From an uncultured Veillonellaceae bacterium (lineage in GTDB: Bacteria > Bacillota > Negativicutes > JARBTT01), in NCBI GenBank assembly GCA_963805085.1, contig CAWDTA010000002.1, positions 1,792,001-1,856,000 on the forward strand: 64,000 nucleotides of DNA, written 5' to 3'. Shown piece after piece: positions 13,914-22,792 of this stretch. The notes beneath the pieces were generated by a model, which did no database searches, was not told where the DNA came from, and saw nothing but the letters and a program-made list of their open reading frames with translations. The stretch's first letter is position 1. The number at the start of each line of letters is the position of its first letter. Both the position numbers and the translations under genes were made by a program.

Positions 13914-13927
13914 GTAGTGTCAGGTAT

Positions 13928-14449
13928 TTATGAGATGTTTACGATATTGCTCAGTAACAAATATTTTGTAAGACTTTCTAAAGCAATGTTTTGTTTATGC
14001 ATAGCAAGAAAAGTCAAATGGGCTCGTTGAATATGTTCTTGGATGGTTGTTATTTTCCAAAGAGAGTGAATGTCGTGATTACCAATCAGTCTGATACAGG
14101 TAGTATTTGATAATTTTTGCACAGTAACGATATGGTGAAAATTAATGTAGCCGCTCGTTACGTCTCCACTGATTTTTGGCTTTCTAATTTTTATCGGTAC
14201 TAGTACCAGATCAGGGGCCAGTACTAGGGGGTGCCAAAGTGTGCAATTCGTAATTTTGGCAGTTTTGCTTTTTAGACTACATAAATCAATTGTTTGTCGA
14301 TTGGCTAGGCGGCGAATGACGGTGGCGACCTTTAAATTGAGCGGAACCTCAGTGCCGTCGGTTAAGAAAAGTAGTGTTCGATCACCGGCGCCTGTGTATT
14401 CTGGTAGGATTGCGGCAATTTTACTGTTATCAGGTAGTGTGTAATGCAA
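13928..14449 (-). CDS. ComK-like (LytTR-fold) putative DNA-binding protein
   Basis: TTG start after AGGAGGT; size and AAILP.Y...T / P.VL....VLVP / YINFHHI / T.I.L..N pattern resemble ComK-family proteins. Confidence 0.55.
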   Translation of the reverse strand: MHYTLPDNSKIAAILPEYTGAGDRTLLFLTDGTEVPLNLKVATVIRRLANRQTIDLCSLKSKTAKITNCTLWHPLVLAPDLVLVPIKIRKPKISGDVTSGYINFHHIVTVQKLSNTTCIRLIGNHDIHSLWKITTIQEHIQRAHLTFLAMHKQNIALESLTKYLLLSNIVNIS

Positions 14450-14471
14450 GGGAAAGACCTCCTTTTAATTT

Positions 14472-14485
14472 AGAACATATGTTCT
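14472..14485. promoter_or_regulatory. LexA (Cheo/SOS) box
   Basis: Perfect palindrome AGAACATATGTTCT matching the Gram-positive GAAC-N4-GTTC consensus, between promoter and RBS of the ComK-like gene. Confidence 0.8.
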
Positions 14486-14498
14486 TTAATGTATTATA

Positions 14499-14527
14499 AA
14501 TATAACAAATTTTTTCAAATTAGGCAA
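14499..14527 (-). promoter_or_regulatory. Sigma-A promoter of the ComK-like gene
   Basis: Minus strand TTGCCT-N17-TATATT with extended -10 TG. Confidence 0.55.
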
Positions 14528-14614
14528 GAGTAAGTATAATTTGAAATCAATGATGGAAGAGAATTATTGTTAATTTTAAAATTGCTGGGGTTCTGGTATA
14601 ATTACAAGAGGTTG

Positions 14615-14801
14615 AAGTAGATGAGTTGCAACAAAAACCAGCAAGTCGGCAAGAGACGAATCTAAGGGCTAGTGCTGATTCAAAGATCGCAATGAAGGCT
14701 AAACTCCCTGCAGTTTGGCAAAAAGCCTTCAAAGCTACATGCTAGTAAGATTCGTCTGCGATGCCTTGATTGAACGCTTTTTTTATGCAAATCATCTGCT
14801 T
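14615..14801. repeat. Repeat family B, copy 2
   Basis: Full-length alignment to 3216-3399; ends AAGTAGATGAGTTGCA/TGCAAATCATCTGCTT. Confidence 0.9.
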
Positions 14802-14898
14802 GTGTATGTAGACGAAGTGAATATTAGATTTGAATTCATTATTTTTATTACAGGACAAGCAGTTAAATTAATATAGAAGTAAAAATTTTTGGGGTGAA

Positions 14899-16806
14899 TT
14901 GATGGGAATTTTACGAGTTCATAATTTGAGCAAATCCTTTGGAATAGAAGAACTATTTCATGAGGTTAGTTTTGATGTCGCAGCTGGAGATAAGGTTGGG
15001 TTTGTTGGGGCGAATGGAACGGGGAAAAGTACCTTGATGCGTTGTTTGATGGGATTGGAAGAAACGGATCGAGGACAAGTTAATCTAGCCGTAACAGATA
15101 CAGTTGGTTATGTAGAACAGGAGGCAATACTGGGCGATTGGACGTTATATGAGGAACTTAGCAATGCTTTTGTTGATGTGCTAAACTGGCAAGCTGAGAT
15201 GAAAGAATTAGAGCAAAAAATCGCAGCAGAAAGCGAGCAGGCGATTGTTGAAGATTTAATGAAAGCTTATGCCAGTACTGTTGATAAGTTTGAACGGGCT
15301 GGGGGTTATGATTACGAAAGTACAATCAAACGGGTTGCTTTTGGTCTTGGATTCCGTGATATAGATTTTGAGAAACATGTGAGTGATTTTTCTGGTGGAC
15401 AAAAAACGCGAATATGTCTGGCAAAAGCATTGATTCGGCAGCCAGATTTCTTGTTTTTAGACGAGCCTACAAACCATTTAGATATTGAGATGGTTGAATG
15501 GCTGGAAGATTTTTTAATTGGTTACTCCGGCGGTGTGCTGCTTATTTCCCATGACCGATTTTTCCTTGATCGTGTTGCAAATCGTATCATTGAATTAGAA
15601 AATAAGACGGTGATTGCTTATAGTGGCAATTATAGTCGTTTTGCGCGGATCAAAGCGGATCGGCTTGCGGCTTTGGAAAGTGCATACCAAAAACAACAAG
15701 TGCATATTCATGAAACTGAAGAATATATTCGTAAATACAAAGCTGGGATCAAATCAAAACAGGCGCGTGGACGTGAGAAGCAGTTGAATCGTTTGGAACG
15801 CATAATCTTGCCACCCAATAGTGTTGGCTTTAATTATTTTTCTTTTAATCCACCAAGTGAATGTGCCGAGCGTGTGGCTGAACTCGAAGAGGTTGCGGTT
15901 TCTTATAGTGACCATAACATTTTTAGCAATGTGTCTTTGCTTGTTCGAAATGGTGATGGTGTTGCGCTGGTTGGTCCGAATGGGGCAGGAAAGACGACTT
16001 TATTAAAACTGTTGATTGGTGAGCTCGAAGCAAAATCAGGTAAAACGAAAATAGGTAGTCGAGTAAAAATAGGCTATTTCTCACAACAACATGAAGGCTT
16101 AAATTTAGAGAATCGTTTGATGGATGAACTAATCTATGAATATGGTCTTACGGAAGAACAATCTCGTCATTATCTAGGGGCATTCTTATTCCAAGGCGAT
16201 GATGTGTATAAAATCATCGGGGAATTGAGTGGTGGAGAGAAGTCTCGTCTCGCTTTTTTAAAGCTACTACTTACAGGCGCGAACTTTCTTGTGCTTGATG
16301 AACCGACGAATCATTTAGACATCCCAGCGAAAGAAGCTGTTGAAGAAGCGTTGATGGCTTTTCCGGGAACGTTTATTACGGTATCGCATGATCGTTATTT
16401 CCTTGATAAAGTAACCAACTTTACTTGTGAATTGGCAAATGGAACATTAACCGAATACAACGGCAATTACAGTTATTATCATGATAAAAAAATTGCAATG
16501 GCAAAAGAAATGGCTGAGCTTGATAAACTGAAACCAAAAGTTGCAGTAGCTAACGTGCAAGTACCCAAAAAGGCGAAAACACGTGAAACCAAACCACAGG
16601 ATCGGGCAAAAATGGCACAAAAATATGAAGGTGAAATCGCTATGCTTGAAATGGAACTCAAAGGGATCGAATTTCAACTAAATAACCCAGAAAGCCATGC
16701 CGATATGAATGCGAGTCAAGCATTAGCGAGTGAATATGATCGGGTATCAAAAGAGCTTGCAGAAAAATATGATCTTTGGGCTGAGTGCATCGAAGATAGC
16801 GAATAA
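14899..16806 (+). CDS. ABC-F family ribosome-associated ATPase (YdiF/Uup-like)
   Basis: Two NBDs (GANGTGKST, FSGGQ, LDEPTNHLD; GPNGAGKTT, LSGGE, LDEPTNHLD), linker, C-terminal coiled coil, no TM. Confidence 0.95.
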   Translation: MMGILRVHNLSKSFGIEELFHEVSFDVAAGDKVGFVGANGTGKSTLMRCLMGLEETDRGQVNLAVTDTVGYVEQEAILGDWTLYEELSNAFVDVLNWQAEMKELEQKIAAESEQAIVEDLMKAYASTVDKFERAGGYDYESTIKRVAFGLGFRDIDFEKHVSDFSGGQKTRICLAKALIRQPDFLFLDEPTNHLDIEMVEWLEDFLIGYSGGVLLISHDRFFLDRVANRIIELENKTVIAYSGNYSRFARIKADRLAALESAYQKQQVHIHETEEYIRKYKAGIKSKQARGREKQLNRLERIILPPNSVGFNYFSFNPPSECAERVAELEEVAVSYSDHNIFSNVSLLVRNGDGVALVGPNGAGKTTLLKLLIGELEAKSGKTKIGSRVKIGYFSQQHEGLNLENRLMDELIYEYGLTEEQSRHYLGAFLFQGDDVYKIIGELSGGEKSRLAFLKLLLTGANFLVLDEPTNHLDIPAKEAVEEALMAFPGTFITVSHDRYFLDKVTNFTCELANGTLTEYNGNYSYYHDKKIAMAKEMAELDKLKPKVAVANVQVPKKAKTRETKPQDRAKMAQKYEGEIAMLEMELKGIEFQLNNPESHADMNASQALASEYDRVSKELAEKYDLWAECIEDSE

Positions 16807-16828
16807 CTCCATATAAAATAATAAGGAT

Positions 16829-16870
16829 AAAAGCCGACTGGCGCATTGAGTTGCGCTAAGTCGGCTTTTG
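16829..16870 (+). terminator. Intrinsic terminator
   Basis: AAAAGCCGACT...AGTCGGCTTTT. Confidence 0.8.
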
Positions 16871-16952
16871 TTATTACTACGCTTAAATTTTATAGTATAA
16901 CCAAGCGCTAATATAAAAGAGAAGCCGGTTTCTCACCAAAAGGTGAGAAGAA

Positions 16953-17522
16953 ATGGAATTAGAACAATTTGTTATCAAAGCTCAAAAAGGTGACGAGGCA
17001 GCTTTTGCCGAGGTTTGCAAACAGTTCACAGGTCTCGTAAAAAAATCAGCCTATCAAGCACATATAAGGCCAATTTATGAAGAAGCACTTTCGGTAGGGT
17101 ATTTGGCACTCGTGGAAGCAATCAAAACCTTTGATTGTAGTTTAGAAATTAAGTTTGCTGGTTACGCCCAAAGTAAAATTAAATTTGCCATGTGGAATTT
17201 ATTTAAACGGGAACGAAATCGCTGGCAAAATGAATTTACAGTGGAAGTACAGCAAGGTGAAGATAGTACATTAATAGAGAATTTGGCGAGTGATATTAAT
17301 ATTGAAAAGCAGATAGAACTGAAAATTTTAAGCAGCGATTTACTTCATAGTATGGAAAAGTTACCAGTAAAACAGAGACAGGCGATCTTACTTACGATTG
17401 TTTCGGGGAAAAGCTTAACCGAAACTGCGAGCTTGCTGGGGGTAACACCACAAGCAATTTATAATCTAAAGAATCGTGGGATTAGGCAGTTGCAACAAAA
17501 AGCCTTCAAAGCTATATACTAG
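16953..17522 (+). CDS. Sigma-70 family alternative sigma factor (regions 2 and 4 only)
   Basis: AQKGDEAAF, LVEAIKTFD...KFAGYA (region 2); LPVKQRQAI...SLTETASLLGVTPQAI (region 4 HTH). Confidence 0.9.
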   Translation: MELEQFVIKAQKGDEAAFAEVCKQFTGLVKKSAYQAHIRPIYEEALSVGYLALVEAIKTFDCSLEIKFAGYAQSKIKFAMWNLFKRERNRWQNEFTVEVQQGEDSTLIENLASDINIEKQIELKILSSDLLHSMEKLPVKQRQAILLTIVSGKSLTETASLLGVTPQAIYNLKNRGIRQLQQKAFKAIY

Positions 17523-17573
17523 TAAGATTCGTCTATATTGCCTTTGTTAAAAATTTTTCTTTTGCAATTCATC
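17488..17573. repeat. Repeat family B, copy 3, internally deleted, overlapping the sigma factor 3' end
   Basis: Left arm AGTTGCAACAAAAA (identical to 14624-14637) joined to GCCTTCAAAGCTA...AGATTCGTCT...TTGCAATTCATC of the right half. Confidence 0.8.
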
Positions 17574-17673
17574 AAAGAGTAGAGGCTAATATAATAGGAA
17601 TATTTCAAAAAAATATTTCAGACTGTCGACAAAATAAAAATATTTATATTTATAGGTAGAAATATAAATATTT

Positions 17674-17855
17674 CGTACCACTTATAAACTAGTACGAAGA
17701 TAGGTTGCCGGTTGGTGAGAAGTGCTCAGATGCTAGGCACAGCAAGGCGGTGCGAAGGAGTCGTACTTTCGTACGTCGACGAGCAGCACCTTGTTGCAAC
17801 GACGCAGATGGGGGCTTATCGCCTGCCTGCAGCCTATCTGTCCATAGTATGTCTA
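17674..17855 (+). repeat. Repeat family A, copy 2
   Basis: Reverse-complement match to 2064-2246; outer stem AGATAGGTTGC/GCAGCCTATCT. Confidence 0.9.
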
Positions 17856-17921
17856 TTAAAAAAATATATTTATTTTGCAAGGATTTATAGAAAGAAAATG
17901 GAATACTAATAGGTACAGAAC

Positions 17922-20114
17922 ATGAGTGCGGAGGATTTATTTGTGGAAGCAGGAGTAGAAAAGGTAGAAGGCATTGTTGAGACCGTTATTTTTGAGAATA
18001 GTGAAGGTAGTTTTACCGTGTTTAAGATTCGACCAGCGAAGGAAAGAGGCTTAATCAATGTAACGGTAAATGCGCCAGCACCTTTGGTCGGTGAACAGGT
18101 GGAACTTGAGGGAGAGTGGATAACCCATGCAAAGTTTGGTGACCAATTCAAGGCGCAGTTGATGAAGCATGTGGCGCCGACCAGTCTGAGTGGGATTGAA
18201 CGTTTTTTAGCTTCTGGGGTTATCAAAGGGATTGGTGCGGCAATGGCAAAACGTTTGGTAGATAAATTTGGCTTAGAAACGCTGGAAGTAATCGAAAATA
18301 GCCCAGGGCGATTGCAAGAAATCAGTGGGATTGGTAAGAAAAAAGCGGCTGATATTCATGAAGCGTATAGTGTGCAATCAGAGCTTAGAGAAGTTATGCT
18401 ATTTTTAGAAACGCATGGAGTATCAAGTGCTTATGCAGGAAAAATTTTTGCAAAATACAGCTCATTTTCTATTGATGTAATCACAAAAGATCCCTACCGA
18501 CTGGCGCGTGAAGTAGATGGTATTGGGTTCCGTACTGCTGACCAAATCGCTGCGTCCATCGGTGTTGAAAAATTTTCTGAGGGGCGTATCAGTGCTGGAA
18601 TTGATTTTGCATTACTGCAAATAGCAAATGCTGGACATTGCTGTGTGCCAGAACAAATTTTGATTGAACAAACAGCAAAACTTATTTTAGTTAACCACAA
18701 TGAAGTTGCTATAAATTTAAAAAATTTGCTAAAAGAAGACCAACTTTGTACTGAGGAGATCTCGGGAACAACGCTCATCTATCCTCGTCACTTATATCAT
18801 GCAGAAAAAAATGTTGCCAAACGTTTATTATATTTAAAAGATAAAGCCCAGCAAATTGCTAGTGAAGATGCCATGGAGCAAGTTCATGATTGGGAGGAAA
18901 TAGCGGGCATTATCCTCGCAGATCAGCAACGACAGGCCGTTATTTCTGCCTTAGAACATGGAGTTCTGGTGTTAACTGGTGGACCGGGGACAGGAAAGAC
19001 TACGGTTGTAAAAGGCATGATTGCGGTACTAGAAGAGCAAGGACTACAAATATTACTTGGTGCGCCGACCGGGCGGGCAGCAAAGCGGCTGAGTGAAGCA
19101 ACCGGAAGAAAAGCGGTTACAGTGCATCGGTTGTTAGAATCAACGGGTGGCGATAGTGGTTTGCAGGTGTTTGCACGCGATTCTGATGAACCACTTGAAG
19201 CCGATGTGGTGATTCTTGATGAAGTTTCGATGATGGACATTTCTTTGATGGATCATTTCTTGGAAGCGATCGCCAAAGGCTGCCGCGTTATCTTGGTAGG
19301 TGACGTAGATCAATTGCCTGCGGTAGGTCCAGGGGCAGTACTGAAAGATATTTTGCGATCTGATACTGTGCCAGTGGTGCGGTTAACAGAGGTATTTCGT
19401 CAGGCTGGCGAAAGTATGATTGTGATGAATGCCCATGCGATTAATCGTGGTTTATTGCCTGATTATAAGACCAGCGAAGAATTTCAATTTCGCGAAATCA
19501 ATGATAGCAATGAGGTTGCGCTTGCAATCGTACTGCTTTGCACCAGTGAACTTCAGGGAATGGGCTTTGATATTCGACGCGATGTACAAGTCCTAGCCCC
19601 GATGCATCGCCTTGATTGTGGTGTGGAAAATCTAAATAAATTATTGCAAAATGCCTTAAATCCAGAATCAGAAAATAAGCCTACGATTAGTAATCGCAAC
19701 GAAACCTTTCGATTGGGTGATAAGGTCATGCAAATGCGTAATAATTATACGAAAAATGTATTTAATGGCGATATTGGTTTTATTGTCGAAATTGATGCTG
19801 AAAAAACTAAAGTTCGCTATCCAGATAACGATGCGATTTACGAAAAAAATGAACTTGCTGAACTGCACCTTGCCTATGCAATGAGCGTGCATAAAAGCCA
19901 AGGTAGTGAATATCCAATCGTTATTATGCCACTGATTCCTGGACATCATATTATGCTGCAACGGAATCTTCTATACACTGCTGTAACGCGTGCCAAAACA
20001 AGGGTGATTCTTGTAGGAACGAAATCGGCACTCAATACTGCGGTTATGAATGACCGTACGAAAAAACGCTATTCACTACTCGCCGAGCGACTGCGGCAAG
20101 AAATAGGTTGTTAA
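17922..20114 (+). CDS. recD2: ATP-dependent RecD2-like SF1B DNA helicase
   Basis: N-terminal OB and HhH; GGPGTGKTT, APTGRAAKRL, ILDEVSM, GDVDQLP, HKSQGSEY, YTAVTRA. Confidence 0.95.
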   Translation: MSAEDLFVEAGVEKVEGIVETVIFENSEGSFTVFKIRPAKERGLINVTVNAPAPLVGEQVELEGEWITHAKFGDQFKAQLMKHVAPTSLSGIERFLASGVIKGIGAAMAKRLVDKFGLETLEVIENSPGRLQEISGIGKKKAADIHEAYSVQSELREVMLFLETHGVSSAYAGKIFAKYSSFSIDVITKDPYRLAREVDGIGFRTADQIAASIGVEKFSEGRISAGIDFALLQIANAGHCCVPEQILIEQTAKLILVNHNEVAINLKNLLKEDQLCTEEISGTTLIYPRHLYHAEKNVAKRLLYLKDKAQQIASEDAMEQVHDWEEIAGIILADQQRQAVISALEHGVLVLTGGPGTGKTTVVKGMIAVLEEQGLQILLGAPTGRAAKRLSEATGRKAVTVHRLLESTGGDSGLQVFARDSDEPLEADVVILDEVSMMDISLMDHFLEAIAKGCRVILVGDVDQLPAVGPGAVLKDILRSDTVPVVRLTEVFRQAGESMIVMNAHAINRGLLPDYKTSEEFQFREINDSNEVALAIVLLCTSELQGMGFDIRRDVQVLAPMHRLDCGVENLNKLLQNALNPESENKPTISNRNETFRLGDKVMQMRNNYTKNVFNGDIGFIVEIDAEKTKVRYPDNDAIYEKNELAELHLAYAMSVHKSQGSEYPIVIMPLIPGHHIMLQRNLLYTAVTRAKTRVILVGTKSALNTAVMNDRTKKRYSLLAERLRQEIGC

Positions 20115-20118
20115 GCTG

Positions 20119-20775
20119 ATGTTGAAGAAAATCTATCAGGCAATTTTAGATACGATGTTTCCACCGAAGTGTCCAATTTGTCATGCATATGTGGAGGGGC
20201 GGGGTCAATGGTGCCCAATATGTTTGGGGAAAGTTGTAACAAAACATTACGCTCCGCTAGACAGCGAACATGTAAAATTTCTCAATCAGTGCATCGTATT
20301 ATGTCATTACCGTCAAGGAATCAAACAGTTAATCCATTCAATTAAGTATTATAAAAAATTGCAGTACATTCCCCCCATTGTTTGGCTATTAAATCGTGAA
20401 GTTTCACTGGCAAGTTTACCAGCTATAGCTGTTGTTGTTCCTGTTCCTCTCCATGTAGATAGATTGAAGGAACGTGGTTTTAATCAAAACGAAAAAATCT
20501 TTCACCCTTGGGCGATTCAGCAAGGCCTAGAATGGCAAAATCTATTACTGCGAACAAAAGCTACTGTTAAACAACACAATTTAACGATTGCTGAGCGTAA
20601 GCAAAATATCAAAGGTGCATTTACCATCATAGAGCAATGTGATCTAAAAGGGAAAAATGTGCTACTCGTCGATGATATTTTTACGACTGGGGCGACGATG
20701 AACGAATGTGCAAAAATACTAAAACATGCCGGAGCGCTTCGGGTGATAGGCTTGGCCATTGCCAGTGATGCCTAA
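20119..20775 (+). CDS. comFC: ComF family competence protein
   Basis: N-terminal CxxC...CxxC, VPVPLH, RGFNQ, LLVDDIFTTGAT PRTase motif. Confidence 0.92.
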   Translation: MLKKIYQAILDTMFPPKCPICHAYVEGRGQWCPICLGKVVTKHYAPLDSEHVKFLNQCIVLCHYRQGIKQLIHSIKYYKKLQYIPPIVWLLNREVSLASLPAIAVVVPVPLHVDRLKERGFNQNEKIFHPWAIQQGLEWQNLLLRTKATVKQHNLTIAERKQNIKGAFTIIEQCDLKGKNVLLVDDIFTTGATMNECAKILKHAGALRVIGLAIASDA

Positions 20776-20873
20776 TAGATGGAAAAAAATTTTAAAATAG
20801 TACTTTTAAAAAATCGCTGCTGCAATTATAATATAATGTAAATAGGTAGTTGCGTGAGAAGGATGTGTGTAAT

Positions 20874-21290
20874 ATGAATGTAGGAAATTGTCCTGAGTGT
20901 GGAAGATTATATATGAAAACAGCATTAGGTATGTGTAATGACTGTTATAGATTAGAAGAAGACAACGAAAGAATTGTTGCAGAATATGTGCGCGACAATC
21001 CTAAATGCTCGGTTGAAGCCATTCATAAGGCAACTGGTATCAAAGAGAAAACAATTTTTCGTATGATTAAAAACGGACGGTTTATGGATGCTGGGGAAGT
21101 TTCATATCCCTGCGAAAGCTGTGGGAAACTGATACATGAGGGGCGTTTATGCGATAAGTGTAATGCAAATTTTATCAATCAAGTCAAAGAATCTGATGCT
21201 ACGCGTGCAGAAAAAGAAAAAGCAAAAGCAAAAGAGGCGGAAGATCGACGTCGTGGTCGAGGTATGTATACGAAAGATATGATAAGGTAA
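20874..21290 (+). CDS. yvyF: YvyF-like flagellar operon protein
   Basis: NCPECGRLY...CNDC, YPCESCG...LCDKC; between comFC and flgM as in B. subtilis. Confidence 0.85.
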   Translation: MNVGNCPECGRLYMKTALGMCNDCYRLEEDNERIVAEYVRDNPKCSVEAIHKATGIKEKTIFRMIKNGRFMDAGEVSYPCESCGKLIHEGRLCDKCNANFINQVKESDATRAEKEKAKAKEAEDRRRGRGMYTKDMIR

Positions 21291-21385
21291 ATTAAATAAA
21301 ATCATGTACTGAAACTTTAAAAGACGTATGTTAGAGATAATGAAAGAAAATAAGACTATTTGAAAGCAATATAACGAAAATGGGG

Positions 21386-21425
21386 AAAAAGCAAGGATTA
21401 ATATCCTTGCTTTTTTTTTCGATAC
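21386..21425 (+). promoter_or_regulatory. Terminator hairpin overlapping a sigma-28 promoter of flgM
   Basis: AAAAAGCAAGGAT-TAAT-ATCCTTGCTTTTT; TTAA(21398)-N16-TTCGATAC(21418). Confidence 0.6.
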
Positions 21426-21466
21426 TATATTTGAATAAGAAAATCCCAAGAGGCGGGTGTAAGCGT

Positions 21467-21748
21467 ATGATTATTAACAATAATATTCAAAGTGTTTTAA
21501 AAGCGTATGGTGATAATAAAACCGTGAAAACGGCTAAACCAGAAAATAAAGCAACAAATATAAATAAACCAGATGAAGTTGTTTTATCTTCCCAAGCGCA
21601 ATCATTTAGTAAAGTATTACAAAAGGCAAAAAATATGACTGATGTTAGAGATGACAAAGTGAAAACCTTATCAACGCAAGTTGATTCCGGCACATATTCT
21701 GTTGATTCGAGAAATATTGCGGAGAAAATGTTAAATGCGAGATATTAA
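21467..21748 (+). CDS. flgM: Anti-sigma-28 factor FlgM
   Basis: DEVVLSSQA...VRDDKV..L...V.SGTY.VDS..IAEKM. Confidence 0.95.
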   Translation: MIINNNIQSVLKAYGDNKTVKTAKPENKATNINKPDEVVLSSQAQSFSKVLQKAKNMTDVRDDKVKTLSTQVDSGTYSVDSRNIAEKMLNARY

Positions 21749-21787
21749 GAGGTACAAAACAGACAGAACCAGAAAGGAATAAAATAA

Positions 21788-22270
21788 ATGTGGAAAGAAT
21801 TGGTTTCCGTATTAAAGAAACTATTAGATCTATATATCCAATTACTGGTTTTAAGTAAAGAAAAACGTATGGTTATTGCAAGTGTAAAGATGACCGAGCT
21901 AGAAAAAATAGTTAGACAAGAGCAGATCATGATCGCCACCATAGGAAAGCTCGAACAGCGAAGAGAATCGGTTCTTACGAGTTTGCTGGTATCAGAAAAT
22001 ATTTCGACACCGAATAAAGAATTATTGGATTTAGTGATGTTTTGTGATCAAGCTACTGGTAACAAAATCAAAGAAATTCATAGTCAATTTAAAGCAACAT
22101 TGGCAGAATTAGAAAGCAATAACAAACTAAATAACCATCTCATTACTCAAGCATTATCGGTGGTTAATTATAATTTAAATGTGTTATCACAAACTTGTGC
22201 AGGGCCGACGTATGCTGAAAAAGGGCAAGAACAATTCTCGAATGCAAAACGATTTGACTATAAAGCATAA
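21788..22270 (+). CDS. flgN: FlgN family flagellar export chaperone (copy 1)
   Basis: Helical 160 aa with L...N.LN..LI.QAL pattern and C-terminal TY...FDYKA; follows flgM. Confidence 0.85.
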   Translation: MWKELVSVLKKLLDLYIQLLVLSKEKRMVIASVKMTELEKIVRQEQIMIATIGKLEQRRESVLTSLLVSENISTPNKELLDLVMFCDQATGNKIKEIHSQFKATLAELESNNKLNNHLITQALSVVNYNLNVLSQTCAGPTYAEKGQEQFSNAKRFDYKA

Positions 22271-22289
22271 TGCAAAGGAGAATTGTTTC

Positions 22290-22772
22290 ATGGAACAATT
22301 AAGTATCATTTTAAAAGAGCAAATTACGATTTGTGAACAATTGCTAGCGTTAAGTAAATCACAAAGCCAAGAACTTGTTATTGGTAATGCAATTAAAGTT
22401 AAGAAAATCACGAAAGCTATATCAGAAAAGATGAAACAACTTTTTTTGCTAAATCATAAACGACAAGCTGCTATTGATGGGATAAAGCAGAACTATGAAA
22501 TAAATGATTCTGTTACTTTAGTGAAATTGGTTGAATTAGTTGATTCAAACGTTAAAGAGTCCTTACTAGACTTAATCAATGATTTAGGTAAAGTTGTTGA
22601 TGAATTAAAGGCGTATATTCAACAAAATAAGCTGTTATTGGCAAAAGCAATGCAATTTATTGATTTTAATATAAATCTGATTACCAGCACGGTAGCTAGT
22701 GATACCTATGAACCAAAAGGGCAAGAGGGTAGTGGCATTAGTAAAAGAAAGATGTTTGACCAATCAATATAG
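22290..22772 (+). CDS. flgN: FlgN family flagellar export chaperone (copy 2)
   Basis: AAGGAG RBS then ATG 22290; N..LL..AMQFIDFNINL...TY..KG...FDQSI. Confidence 0.8.
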   Translation: MEQLSIILKEQITICEQLLALSKSQSQELVIGNAIKVKKITKAISEKMKQLFLLNHKRQAAIDGIKQNYEINDSVTLVKLVELVDSNVKESLLDLINDLGKVVDELKAYIQQNKLLLAKAMQFIDFNINLITSTVASDTYEPKGQEGSGISKRKMFDQSI

Positions 22773-22792
22773 TGAAATGAGAGTGATAATAA

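Noticed and set aside
17689-17909. Similar small ORFs at 17712-17909 and 2025-2207
   Set aside because: The similarity comes from repeat family A; no RBS, and the frames diverge outside the repeat
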